Assembly (NCBI GenBank): GCA_051362555.1
Contig: CM120649.1
Coordinates: 18,242,567 to 18,306,566 of the forward strand
Origin: Lingula anatina
Lineage: Eukaryota > Animalia > Brachiopoda
Reading direction: 5' to 3'
DNA: 64,000 nucleotides
The translations under genes and the position numbers were made by a program. Below are positions 50,874-63,985 of the stretch, piece by piece. Under the pieces are notes generated by a model that was not told the DNA's origin, did no database searches, and saw only the letters and a list, made by a program, of their open reading frames with translations. Within the stretch, counting starts at the first letter, position 1, and each line of letters begins with the position of its first letter.

Positions 50874-52202
50874 CGTGTCTTACAGAGTAAATTCCAATTC
50901 CCTTTGCTCGGAAAAATACTATACACAGAGGTTGGGATTCGACATGAACAACTTTGCTTTCCTCTGAAACTTCGCTCCACAATGACGATCTTGGGTTCGT
51001 TATCGAGATATTATGTGGGTACAGGTATTGTTATTGTCTGGGACCAGTGGGAGCTTGTCCATTTTCAAAAATACACAAATACTGTATTACAGGCAGAAAA
51101 TTCTCCGGAAACTTTTAATTTCTCCGAATGACTGGTCACTTTTGTCTTTACGTCAATGTATCACACGTTAGAGTTGAAGAAACAACATTGTTTTCCTTTA
51201 CCACATTGAGACACCCTAAGGTGAGCTTGATTTCTCAATAACAAGTGCGTGTTCTCGTTAATTGGACCCGTCGGTAGAAGAATATTCAACAAAGAATAAT
51301 TTCAGTATTTGTTTTGTCTGAATATTCAGAAAACAAATATCGGATTTTTAGCTCTGTTGACATAAAGGTGTATCCGGATTTTCGACGCAAATCTCTTGTC
51401 AGAATTTATGTCAATGGTGTATTTTGTCTGAGAGGATTCACTATTTTTAGAGAGAATAAACAGCACGGTCTACTTAATTGTTATATAAGAAATAAATGTG
51501 AACAATTATATCGTGCCCACTTCCGAACATGTATAGTACTGCTATACTGCGTACGCGAATTATATGATCAAAATTATTTAAACATTGCCGCTTTCCTTGT
51601 AACTTTCCCATTTGTTATAAAAGCAGTCAGAAATATTCCAGAAAGAAATTGTCCAAAATAATAAAAGTGAGAAAGAACTAGCTATGAAACATATATTGCT
51701 TTATTTGTGATACAGTCCGGTAAAGTTTGAGTAAATTAAGGACCTCATTGTTACAGCATCCATAATTCTCTTAGGACCAGGTCAAACTGACCCAAGGTCT
51801 ACAATCGATAGTGTTAGGAGAATGTCTTTCAATCAATGCACAATTCAAGACTACGCTGCTTTGTTACATGACGTTATGTTATGAAATGTGACGTAACGTT
51901 GATTTAATACGTGACGCCATATGCTGATCGTGAAGCGAGTTGCGCTACTTGTATTAATTCTATAAAGTGATTTCTAAAAAGCTAGATGGAGCTTCAATGT
52001 TTCAAAGAAGCCGTGCTTAAAGAATGCTGATTATAAATAGCCGTCCATGCTGACATTGTAAATCATTGTTTGCAATAGGCACGTGAAAATTAATGAAAGT
52101 TTTTACATGGGGATCCATATTGCGGTGATTTTGTGAGAACTTCAAGGTATAGGCATTAGGACCCTATAATAAGGGTTGCAAGAGCATGGATACTGTACAC
52201 CA

Positions 52203-53614
52203 TTAGAGTGAAAAATCGATCGTCTCCGCACAGATTGGAGGTTGAAACTGAGGCAGCACCTCGCGACCGTTGCCGAAAATTCCTGAAATATAAGCAAACA
52301 CAATATATAATGGTCATATGATTCTATCTCATTAACTCAGTGTTAAAATTAGTGATCGGAATCTAGAAAAATGTGGCTGGTTTGGTCTTTGCTAATGTGA
52401 ATCAGTGTTCTAGAAAAAAAATTATCGTTATCGACTGAACGTAATTTCGGCAATTTTTTTAAGGTACAGGTAAACCATTTCAGCTGAATGCTTCTTTGGT
52501 ACATGTATGTTAAGTTTTCCGTAAGTTTTCTTTTTCGTATGTTTATGTCTTTTTTCTTTTTTTCTGCAGTATCAATTTGAACTTTGAAGACACAAAGCTT
52601 GAAAACAGACGTGAAAACAGACGTGACAACTGAGACGCATGTACATGTAGATACGGCAGAGGACTGAGAGGAGGAAAAGTCTCTCGACAGGACAATACTA
52701 AAATATTTGAAACGAAGCGACTTTCACCATTTTTTTTTTTTTTTTTTTTTTTTTTTGCCGAGAGGAAAAACATAACGTATTTTTTCACATTGGGAGAGAA
52801 CTGTTTGAAAAGTAAATGCAAAAACAAACGTACGTAGATATACATTTGCCCGTCTAATGCATCTTAATTTTGAAATAAAAAAATATTTTTTTCACACAAT
52901 ATTAATATTTTTCAACTTTTATCGAAAATTCAAATTGGTTGAGACGCTTTTTTTGTTAGATAAATCAAATAGAATTTCTTTTCTTCTACTCTAGCTTGTA
53001 CACATTATCGAGCTTTTAAATGCAACTGTGACAATGACAGGCCCAAAACAGAGCTATCAGATAATGAGAATATGAAAAATAAATATATAATAAAATTTAC
53101 CTTTGTGACTGCAATCTTTGTTTTCCAGGGAAAACAGAGTGACGTCATGCAGATCGTCATTCAGTAACTGTACCCGGATGTGACTCTCTTCACAGTTCCA
53201 ACACAAGAAACTGGTGCAGGTACGGCAATATATTCGCACCTCACCTTTGGTCCCGCACTCTTCACAGCTCAACTCTTTGATATTGAGATCCATTCCGTTA
53301 ACTCGCATACATTGCCTTAAGAGATTCAATATCGTATCGTTGCTGACGGGTGTGCTTTGAACTTTACAAAAAAGACATACGCACGTCGTGGATGCCGTGT
53401 GAGGGTCTTCTCGAGCCAGTAGCAATTTTACACACGCGTTACACACAGTATGTCCACATCCAGAGAGAAGTCGGGGGTGATGTTCCTCAAAATCGTACTG
53501 CATCAGACAGATGGGGCACTGTAATATTGCCATCACGGGTTTTGTCGATCCCCGTAAGGAAACGTTCTCCAACGCCAAAGACGTCCTTACTTGTTCATCA
53601 TGGCAGATTGCCAT
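52203..53614 (-). CDS. Short RING finger + B-box protein (TRIM-like E3 ligase)
   Basis: Exon 53614-53101 encodes the RING CPIC..PRLLSGCGHTVCNAC..CLFC and the B-box CEEC..YCRTC..FLCWNC..SH..H. A phase-1 splice to 52282-52203 gives GIFGNGREVLPQFQPPICAETIDFSL-stop. Confidence 0.8.
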
Positions 53615-54709
53615 CTTTTTATTGTTTAATGTCTGTATTAAACCCGATCGATGCCCTCTGCTCTACTCCACTTCGTTTTCCTTTAATATTGGGAAATATT
53701 TCTGAAAAATTTATAAATTAGTCCGTCTATTTTTAATGAATTAGGCCTACTGCTGCTCACTCTAGTGAAAAGCACGTTATACAATACAGGCCGTGACCGT
53801 GCAATGCTTCGCCTCTTATCTTGCGTCTTTTTGATTCTCGTCTCCGGATTCGTGAAAAATGTTGTCTAATCACTTGAGGAAATATCTCCGAGATCCACCC
53901 CAATCAACCAAATACGCAAAAGTCCGCTGAGAGAACTAAAAGAAGTCAGCGAGCGTTGTTGTTATTCCTTTCAGGTGGTTGTCACAAGGCAGGTAATATG
54001 GTAAGAACTTAATATACACATTGCCCCTTCAGGATATGAACTGTCAATCACAAGAGGATGACACACATGCGTATGCTGTGTACATTAATGTCGTCACCGG
54101 TCTCCATTCTTGAAACAGAAGTACTGCGTAAATAGGTGTTGACAGAGATAAGCGTGTGTTGACGGGGTTCAAGCGCACATCTATTGTCGTTGTCATATCA
54201 GTATAGACTTTATCTTGACATCGTAGGCCTACGTATGATGCTACTTGACCCTCATAGACTGTGTTACAACAGGCTTCCAGCCAGGTGACGCAGGGGGTGG
54301 GGTGGGGTGGGGTGCCCTTTGGCTGGAAGAGATTCACTCTAAACTATGAGATACGATAGAGTTTCGTATGTCCTAACGTACTGTACATCAAAATTTGATC
54401 TAAAGGGGGCAGTTTTACAGATCTCCATTTTGCAATAACTGGGTAGCCTACGTGCCCGATGTTCGTGCATGCAGTGCATTATACTGTATACACAAGAATG
54501 TATGTAATCATTGGTTTTTATCTATTAATACAACATTTGGCTGGTATTTACTTTACAGTAAAAGGCGCAGATTACAGATTAAATACATGTATCATGGTTA
54601 TATAGTATAAGGAAAACTACTTCTCACAACTCTTATCAAAGTGATTCAAGTGCACAACTTACTGATTTATCTAAGACTATAGTGTGATACATTCCACTGG
54701 CGATAATAA

Positions 54710-54920
54710 GGGCGTATTCCTAGAGCTTTTAGATCGATCTATCCCCGCGGGGAGTCTCACTAGATTACTGTCAGATAATCCGGCTTAAATGTCCGTCCCG
54801 CTTACTACAAGCTGGGGGTAATTAACTTTCGTGCCCGCTCGGCTGACAGCTATTTAGCGTGAACCCTCAGGGAGTTAGGTCGATCTAAGGTAGATCGATC
54901 TCATCTCTGGGAATGGGGTC
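54710..54920 (+). mobile_element. MITE family A copy 2 (PIF/Harbinger-like, TAA target-site duplication)
   Basis: taa|GGGCGTATTCCTAGAG...CTCTGGGAATGGGGTC|taa; highly similar to 4919-5133. Confidence 0.85.
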
Positions 54921-55463
54921 TAAGACGCAGAAAGTTGAAAATTTACATCGTCCTCTATTATATGTATAATGTTCATAATAATTTTGTCTCTCACATACGC
55001 GCACGCAAACGCCCGCACACAGAGTACGGTCTGAGCTGTGAAAAGGTGTGTTGGGAGGGGGGGTCGTATCTACCTCGAAGCAGAGTAATAAATCACTAAG
55101 TAAGCAATTGGTAACTTATAACACGTGTTTATGTTGTCACTAGAATTTATAAACAGTTACACTAGTATTCACCATCGTGTGATTTTTAGGCAGCGGAGCG
55201 GGAAGCCTGTCCAGGGCGATAAGATTTGTGAAAGAATTTCTGAAACATCTATGGTTTTATTTAAACGGTGTTTGTAATAATCACACGTTTGTTAGATGTA
55301 GGTTGTATCGAGATACTTAGTAAGTCCACATTACGAAAAATGTAACTCTGGAAAATCACCCAGGAAAAGCGTCAACGCTATGAAACGGGAGCTCAAGTTA
55401 TAATTTGATACACAAGCAGCAAGCTGATTGGATTCAAGGAGAGTCTCCATAGCTGGTGTCTAT

Positions 55464-55689
55464 GGGTGCTTTCCCAGAGATTTAGATCGATCTAAAGATT
55501 AAGTTTTAGATCGACCCAACTCCCTGGGGGTTCAGGCTAAATTGCAGTCAGCCGAGCGGACACCATAGTTAATTACCCCCTTACAGCTTTTAGTAGGCGG
55601 GACAGACGCTTTAGCCGGCCAAGCTGACAGTAATCTAGTGAGACTCCCCACAGGGATAGATCGATCTAAAAATCTATGGAAATGGGGTG
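55464..55689 (-). mobile_element. MITE family A copy 3 (inverted, more diverged)
   Basis: Reverse complement of family A (gttaattaccccc, ctgacagtaatctagtgagactcccc, gatagatcgatctaaaa). Confidence 0.8.
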
Positions 55690-55872
55690 TAGGGGAATGG
55701 CCTTGGCTAACTAATATGTTTTAATGCTGTTATTCCACTGTTTACTTACATGCTGGGAGAAGAAACCGGCTCATAGCACCTGTTCATTCAGTAATACACC
55801 TGTGTAATCCTTAACAAACTAAAATCTGATCAAATTATTGACATTGACAGCTGTTCTGTTGTTTGATTATTT

Positions 55873-57250
55873 TTAAGTACCAGGAGATGAAAATAAGTTT
55901 TGTGTGTTCCACGTGAATTCCTCACCAACCATGTACGAGGGAGATGGCAAACGACACTCTGTTACATCAACAGGTTCAGAGACACCGTCTATTTCAGAAG
56001 AAAATATTCTCCATCCCGCAGACAACTGAGAGTTTACACCTGGGTTGTTAGCCAAGGTTCTCAAAGGGGTGGGTGATTGGATGTCATTGTCATCGTCAGT
56101 TTTTCTACGTTTATTTTTCATATAGTTGGTGTTGTGATTTGGTGAACTTTTTGAAACAACATCTTCATCAGTAAGGTCAACGCACAGATGTTGTATAATC
56201 CTGTCCTGGACATCAGGAACAATCAGTTTTTCTCCTCCATGCGGCAGACTAAAACCCTCCACATCATCATCAACAGTGTTTTCTGATGAGGGCAGTTTTC
56301 TTTTTCTTCTTAACCTTCCTCTCTCTAGGAAATTTAAAACACTGCCTTCTGTGTTTTCAGATAAGTCTCTACCATTGGTTTTTTCATTAAGAAAATGAGA
56401 GCTCTCTCCTTCACGAGCAGAATTAGTTTCCTTTTTGCTTGTTTCTCTAATAGGGATATGTGAATATTCTCTTTTGGTGTAGGAACAATTTTTCCATATT
56501 TCTGCATTTTCATCATTAGGCGAACATCCTTTTATGTTGGACACATGTCTGTCATTTCTGTGTACAGCAGGTGATGTGTCATATTTGTCTGGAAAATGAT
56601 TTCTTGTGACTTTTTGGGTCCTGTTGAAAGGCAACCATCTGTTAGTCTGTAGATCAAAAGTAGAATGTTCTGTTTTCTTAAGGAGAGAAGTGTTGTCCGC
56701 TACTGCAAAATATACAAATAAATAAATATATAAATCATACTGAAACATAAAATGAAATTAGTAATTTGTCCATTATTTGTTTTAACCAAATGTTTAAATT
56801 ATTTCTTAACTTGAGGCTTTTATCAAATGCATATATTCAAAAGTTTCAAGCCAAAAGAAAACAAGTGCACATACACGAAGATCTTGCTTTCTTCTTTGGT
56901 TGAACTTGAAGAAAGGAAAGGATCCGCCGTTGCTTTGCATCAGGAAGACAAGAACTATCTCCACTAGCTTGTGGAAGCTGACATAGAATAAACAAAAAAT
57001 ACGATAAATAAAATAAACTCAAAATCAATATACAGCTCACTTTAAGATCTTACTTTGCTACTGACTGCAGGTACTGGAGGTAGAAAAGGTGAAGCAGAAT
57101 AAGAACTAAAAACCAACGTAAACTATTACAAAAACCCACTGAACCGCCAGCAATTGTGTCTGCAAGACAAGCACGAGTGTAAATGCGTTCAAGAGTGACT
57201 TTGCCAACGTATTGTTAAAATAATCAAGCTTCGAAATTTCTACTTATGGA

Positions 57251-57297
<47 letters not shown>

Positions 57298-57512
57298 CTC
57301 CACCTCCTTCCTTTCCCTTTTAACCAAGATGCGAGCGGGCTTAATTAATTTTCGCCATTAATGGCATGTATTAACTGTGAAGAGAGGGTTCAACAAACAC
57401 AGCGCTTTGTCGAGCTTTTCACTACTCCAGCTTACTAAAATGCTACCGTAGATGAATTCATTCATTAGCCTTTTACCTTATTTTTATCCCTTGTAGTCAG
57501 CCATCCGTCCAT
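55873..57512 (-). CDS. Hypothetical disordered nuclear protein with a PIP-box-like motif (about 320 aa)
   Basis: Phase-consistent exons (-): 57512-57477 (MDGWLTTRDKNK), 56977-56875 (..KQRRILSFLQVQPKKKARSS), 56702-55873 (long Ser/Asn/Asp-rich ORF with basic clusters RRKRK and KNKRRK, TAA). The family was not recognised. Confidence 0.72.
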
Positions 57513-57676
57513 TTTGGGTTAATGTACCACGAATTCCGCGTCTTCGATTATTCAACGCTATTACGTGAAAACCCTAGTTTTACATTTCCCGCCAACCGCG
57601 CCACCTATAGTTATCTTTGGAGAGTTCTTTTCTACATGGAGTCCTGAATGCAACCCGGTTGTAAACACACCTGCAG
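57513..57676. promoter_or_regulatory. Bidirectional promoter region with an E2F-like site and a probable non-coding first exon of GK5
   Basis: Lies between divergent genes and is CpG-rich. TTTCCCGCCAA at 57585-57595. The donor CAG|GTAAGC at 57676/57677 fits the acceptor at 58384 upstream of the GK5 ATG. Confidence 0.55.
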
Positions 57677-58402
57677 GTAAGCACATGACTTCGTTAAGTT
57701 TTTTTTCCCCGACGAATTGTGGTTCAATATGGTACGCTTGAAATTGCTTATTATTTAAAGGATAATTTAAGGAGTAGTTTATTAGCATTGTTCTTAATAC
57801 TGGCCTACAAATACGCACTTAACTGCTATAAAATAAAGACATTTCAAAACTTGGATGCGAGGCCAATACGCAGCAGTGTCAACCTTTGGAATTGGGGCAG
57901 CAACAAATGATGGTGGCTTAGTTGGAGAGCTTTATCATGGCGCTGTGAAGGACGTTGAAATTATTTTTCGTTCCTAATTTTGTTTGTATATTTATCCTAT
58001 ATTCATATAAATGTTTGCTGGATTAATTGGATTGCCTAATAATTTTAGTGTAATTAAGTTTTTTTAGGCTGACTTAAAACTTTTTTATTGAGAATAAAAT
58101 ACTGAAACTTAACTACATTAATTGTAGCCTGCACTAATTTTGTGCACTGGGCCCAGTTCTCACGTGTGACAGCTAACCTTGTTATAAAACATCTGCATTG
58201 TGCTCATGTATGAAAACAGTAGTATTTTGCCTTTTATAAAGTGTTGATCGTTTTATACAGATTAAAGAAATAATAGAAATGGACACATTTAAGAGTACAT
58301 GTAAATTCTAGAGTATAATCCAGCAACACCACAGTACAAGTGAATGTATTTTCAAAACTTTGTTTGTTTGTTTTTTTCTCACAGATGATCTCACTTTGAG
58401 CA

Positions 58403-58750
58403 ATGGCCAGTAGTGGGCATGACAAGACAAGGCAGTATGTGATGAGTGTTGACTTTGGCACCACCATAGTCAGGTGCCATATCTATGACCAGCAGATGTC
58501 TGTCAAGGGAGTCAGCAGCAAGAAGGTAAGCCACGCCCCCCAGCTCCAGTTTTCCTACCCCTTCCCTTAAGCCCTCCTTAGCCGCATTCCTGCCTTCTAC
58601 TACGGCCCTACTCCCTCTCTCTCTCCCTCTCTCTCTCCCTCTCTCCCTCTCTCTCTCTCTGCAAGTTCCCTTTTCCCTGCCCCCCCTACTCTAGCCCTAC
58701 CTCCTCTCTTTAGCTTTCTCTAGCTGCACTCTAGCCTCCCTGGCCCCCCC

Positions 58751-58784
<34 letters not shown>

Positions 58785-59952
58785 ATACAGCGGTCTGCAC
58801 ATATTGTGTGTATAAGCAGTCTCAATAGTTCCCTGCCTGGCAATTACGTGGGCAGATCCAGAAATGTTTTCTGACAGTCTTCCAAATTATCTTTGTTGAC
58901 CTTCTTCCAACAGAAAAATTAAGATACCCGTCAATGCAAATTTGAAAATCTGACCCCTGAATTATGCCTACTGTCCCTTAATTAAGATGGTCTGAGATTG
59001 TTTTCCTCCTCCATATTGATTTTCTAACTTTAAAGAAAATCTGATTTCTACTGTAGGTGGAGCTGTTGCGTCCCAAGCCAGGCTGGTCTGAGATGGACCC
59101 AGATATGCTGTGGACCCAGTTTGTAGCTGTGGGAAAGGATGCCATGAGAGGTAAGTTTAGCAGGTAGAATATAAGGAGTTATTTTTCTGTCAATTTACAT
59201 TTCATTGCACAATAAAAAAAAATTCACCATAACTTCTATGGCACTTTTGTTAAGCTTTCTAAGATGACATATACGTACCTGATGCATAGATTTTCACCCT
59301 CATTGTTGATAAGTTGGCCCTACCTCATAGAAATTCTCGCATGTTTTCTAATTGCGTATGACATCAAGCAGTGCCTTCATCCTCATCTTAAAAAAGTTAA
59401 AGTACAGTTCATTTCTTATGTACAGAACTCCACATGCATCTCAGTGCAGTTAACATTAAACACCTGGTCATTTTTGACCCTGGTATACACTGGGTGTTGG
59501 CAGTCTCACCTCTAAGGCTACTAGTATCTTGAATATGATTTCTATAGGTTCTGATACTCAGGGTGGGGTTCTCTGTTCCAGCTGCTGGTATCACAGATAT
59601 GATTTCTATAGGTTCTGATACTCAGGGTGGGGTTCTCTGTTCCAGCTGCTGGTATAACAGATATGAATCCTGTAGGTTCTGATACTCAGGGTGGGGTTCT
59701 CTGTTCCAGCTGCTGGTATCACAGATATGATTTCTATAGGTTCTGATACTCAGGGTGGGGTTCTCTGTTCCAGCTGCTGGAATCACAGATATGATTTCTA
59801 TAGGTTCTGATACTCAGGGTGGGGTTCTCTGTTCCAGCTGCTGGAATCACAGCCCAGGATGTGGCAGGATTGGGGATAGCGACACAGAGAGGGACCTTCA
59901 TGACCTGGGACAGGTTTGTATGCATGCCAGTACGTGTGTGTGAACGTGTCTG

Positions 59953-59988
<36 letters not shown>

Positions 59989-61083
59989 CACCTGAGGGCA
60001 TGTATATAAGTGCATGTTTGTGTTTGAGCATGCATATGTGTACCTAATGTGTATTTTTATGTGTGTGTTTGTCTGGTAATATACATTTTTGTACATCTTT
60101 GCTTTGTAACAAAATGAGTAAGGCATGGGTAGGAGAACAAGGAGTCAACTCTTTTATTTGCGTTGTTTTCAAGTGAAAAAAGTACCTGTATATATATATA
60201 TGTCTATTGTTTAAAAAGCTCTTGTAAAACTTCAATTGAACTAAGTATCTTCACCACTGGTTATGCAAACCTGGGTCCTGTCTGACATTATATAATAATT
60301 GTGACTGATTTATTGTAGAGAGACAGGGGTCCCATTCCACAATTTTATCACGTGGCAGGACCTAAGGGCGGCTACACTGACCCAGGAGTGGAACCAGTCC
60401 TATAAACTGGCAGTAAGCAATGGGGACAGTTTTGCTCCTTTTATTTTGAAATAGTTTGTCTTTCTTTATCAACACATTTAACTGTTTTATGATTAGATTA
60501 CAGTTTGAGAGCCTGGTTGGCGTGTTTATATTTTAATATTTGTTATTAATTGAGAGATAAACTGTGAAACTGGGTACAGTTAAATGAAACAGTCATTTGT
60601 CAATGCATCCTTCTACAAAAACAAAGAGTCATATGCCCCTTCTGGAATTCAAGCTGGCTTCCCTCCCTGTATATCAATAATTTAATGATTATAATTATTT
60701 TGTTAGGATTTATTATTGCCTTCTGTCTTCTATAGATTACCTGGGGGTGAAGATTTTTCATTTCTTTGCATATACTGAAATAGATTTATTCGGTTAATAA
60801 TTGAGACATTGAAACCCACATCTCATTAAATTTTAAAAACATGTGCTGTTTGATTTTATCATAACTGTCTCGCTGACTTCAGAGTGTAGTGAAGATAATT
60901 CGTTTCTGGCTCTCATAAATCAAATGGACTTGATTTTTGAAAAATACATCATTGGCTTTTGTAAAGAGTATTTAAATTTATGTCATTAGAAAACATATTG
61001 GGGGTGTGAGATCTCAACAATCAGATTGACTGTTTTTCTCACTACAAAATTTATTATTTATGTTCAAGTTTTCTTCTGTTGCT

Positions 61084-61131
<48 letters not shown>

Positions 61132-63824
61132 TTTAGTAGTAGTAGTAGTATCATTATTATTTTCTTCTTCTTTCTCTTCTTCTTCTTATGTTATTATTAT
61201 TATTATTATTTAATTATTTAATTTTATGTTATTTTCATTTATTTATTTATTTTTTTTATTTTTTTTTTTTTTTGCTTCTTACCTATCATGCATTCCAGGC
61301 ATTCAATGGTGGATCAAAGTTTTTGTTCACAGTTTCCAGGAATAGAAGGTATCTGGCAGCAAGTATCGTCAAGTTTCGAGCAAATTTTGTAAGTAAATTT
61401 GACAGATTATCACCCATTTATATACCATGTCACATCTGACAGTCACACCTAACACACTGTCACACCCAACACACTGTCAAACCTACCACACTGTCAACAG
61501 TCTTACAATGTATATTTATATTTATATGTATATCTATATTGTGCAATCTTTGAAAAAACAATTGCTAAGTAATGTTTATAGATTCTTGAATTACTAATAT
61601 TTTCCACAAGCAGTATTTAATATGACAAAGTAGCAGTAAATTGTTTTGATAATGAGGTTATAATTTTGTATCCACAGGTGTCCATGAGACTGCTATGGAT
61701 GTTACTGAACAACATGGAGGTAGGCCAAGTCAATGTGCTCATCAAGTCATTACTGATAACATGACTTGATATACTCACTTAGCGGCCTTGTCAATGTGTT
61801 GATAATTGTATGTAGATAGGTATGCTGATGATATGATTAAATATGGAAGTTAACCCAGATAAGTAGAATTGTTTACTGTTTGTATCGCAGATTAGAATTT
61901 TTGTCCATGATTTAAATGCAGCATTGTAAATAAAATAGCGCATCCAGAGCTATTTTCTGACAGTCTTCCAAATTATCTTTGTTGATCCATCCTCCAAATT
62001 TGACTGTCTTCTGACAGAAAAATTAGAAACCCTTCATATATCAATGTAAACTTGAAAATCTGACCGTCTTTTGGAAGACCAAGAAGACAGCTTCAATCCT
62101 CCCCTGGACCGACTCACATGAATTTCGTACAATCACATACTGAATACTGAGTTTGTTTGTTTTTTTTTTGTTTTTTTCATAATCTGTTGACATATCAGAT
62201 GCAGCGCCGAGCAGAGGAAGGTCAACTGATGTTCGGGACCATAGAAACCTGGTTGTTATGGAAGATGACTGGAGGGGAAGTGTTTGCCACAGACTACTCC
62301 AATGCCAGCTCCACTGGCTTGTATGACCCTTTCATAGTAAGTTATTATTATTATTATTATTTTTTTTTTTTTTTCATTTTTCTTTAGCCTGAGTATCAGT
62401 GCCTTCCAGCTTCATCATTGTTTTATTTTTTTTTCATATTACTTTAATGCTTTTTGTGGTGTGTACATTTGGCAGCTTTGCTGCCTTGTTTTCAGACTAC
62501 TGTACTAGCCTTTCAAATTAGACATTCAACTTGCATTGTTAAGTCTACAGAACAAACTGATTTTAGAAACATAATTATAATAATTATAATTATTATAAAT
62601 AATTATAAGGTCATTATTGATTATTAAAATAACATATTTTATTTTAATCCTCTAGTTGGAATGGAGCACAGCTCTTTTCACGTTGCTAGGCATTCCCATG
62701 TCCATTGTGCCAGAGGTCAAGGACACAAGGTAAGGTCAAGGTCATGTTCAGGTCAAGTGGGGCACAGTTTTTGGCTTTAGATAAGCAGAATTCAAAGTAG
62801 AAAAAAATACTAATTAAGTTAAAATGAATTTTTTTTAGTAATACCTCAGATTACCACAGCTAGTGCATGTTCAGAAATTGTATGAAAAGTTTCAAATTTC
62901 AATGTGTTCAGGAATTATTCTAATTGAAACATGTAGATATTATATTAAGACAGATGTACATGTAGCTTTTTTGTTTTTTTTTTTTTTTTAATATTTAATA
63001 TATTTATTTCGCTTTGAAGGTTCTTCATTCTGAGTATAAAAGTGAATGGTGACAGTTGGTCCAGTATGTGATATTTTTTTAAATGCTGTATCAAAAAAAA
63101 TGAAAGCAAAATTCATTCACGGAAAACCAAAAATAATGAGACTAAATATTATTTTTGATTGCAGTTTATCATATTATTTGGTTTTCATTTTAGTTATCAC
63201 TTTGGTGACAGTCTTCCTGAAGTATTTGGGGCCTCCATTCCAATTACAAGTTTGGTAGGTACAGCACGTGGTCGGCTTCACTCAACAGAACATGTAATTG
63301 TCCTATAGAATGCTTTTTGTCACATAGGAAATGTTGTTATAAACAGGCTGTATGTATTTTACATGATCTAGATTTTATGTATTGTACCTAGGCACAGTAA
63401 TTGCTAACCAGCCACAATCTAAATTGACAAATAATGAAAATAAATACACTGGAGAAGAAAGAAAAATAAGATTATTTTAGTATTCAAAAATATCAGAAAA
63501 GTTAGTTGTATTAGAAGATGTTGTTCAGCATATTGTTAAGTTTGTTATCAGTATTAGTGATACTGACATTGATGCGTGAAATAGTGTATAAATTCATTAT
63601 TATTATTATTATTATTATTTTTATAGGATCTGATGAGTTCATTTATAATATAATTATTTTGAAAAACAAGGTAATTTTGCACAATTCTGTTTGGCAGGTA
63701 GCAGATCAGCAGAGCGCCATGTTTGCAGAGTGTTGTTATGACGTTGGAGATGTAAAGGTTACTCTGGGAACCAGTCTTTTCTTTAACCTGAATACGGGGA
63801 ATAAGCCTCACGCTTCAGTAGCAG
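58403..63824 (+). CDS. GK5: Glycerol kinase 5 (FGGY carbohydrate kinase family), 3' partial
   Basis: Phase-consistent exons: 58403-58525 ([14 protein letters not shown]), 59057-59150 ([12 protein letters not shown]), 59838-59913 ([15 protein letters not shown]), 60319-60412 ([11 protein letters not shown]), 61299-61388, 61678-61719, 62199-62336 ([31 protein letters not shown]), 62656-62729, 63194-63254, 63698-63824 ([13 protein letters not shown], typical of GK5). The gene continues beyond the window. Confidence 0.92.
58851..58957 (+). repeat. Interspersed repeat family E (second copy at about 61938-62110)
   Basis: atccaga...ttttctgacagtcttccaaattatctttgttga...tcaatg.aaa.ttgaaaatctgacc is shared by two GK5 introns. 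Confidence 0.75.
59533..59852 (+). repeat. 64-bp minisatellite (5 copies) containing the GK5 exon acceptor
   Basis: Unit atatgatttctataggttctgatactcagggtggggttctctgttccag|ctgctggwatcacag, with the AG ending at 59581, 59645, 59709, 59773 and 59837. Confidence 0.92.
61086..61131. repeat. (ATT)n microsatellite
   Basis: ATT run followed by AGT and CTT runs. Confidence 0.9.
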
Positions 63825-63985
63825 GTGCTTGTAGTTTATATAATATAATAATTTTAATATCTTGAAATCGGTCAGATAACCTGAACGTGGGGAATAAACC
63901 ACACGCTTCAGTAGCAGGTGCTTGTAGTTTATTTACTAGAGTAATATAAATGTCTTGAAATCAGTCTTTTCTTTAACCTGAATGC
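63772..63985 (+). repeat. About 93-bp tandem duplication containing a GK5 exon 3' end and donor
   Basis: aacctgaa...ggggaataa.cc.cacgcttcagtagcag|gtgcttgtagtttat occurs at about 63785 and 63878; a third copy begins at about 63962. Confidence 0.85.

Noticed and set aside
59533-59852. Regular repeat array resembling a CRISPR array
   Set aside because: The units are contiguous with no unique spacers, there are no cas genes, and the context is a eukaryotic intron; it is a minisatellite.
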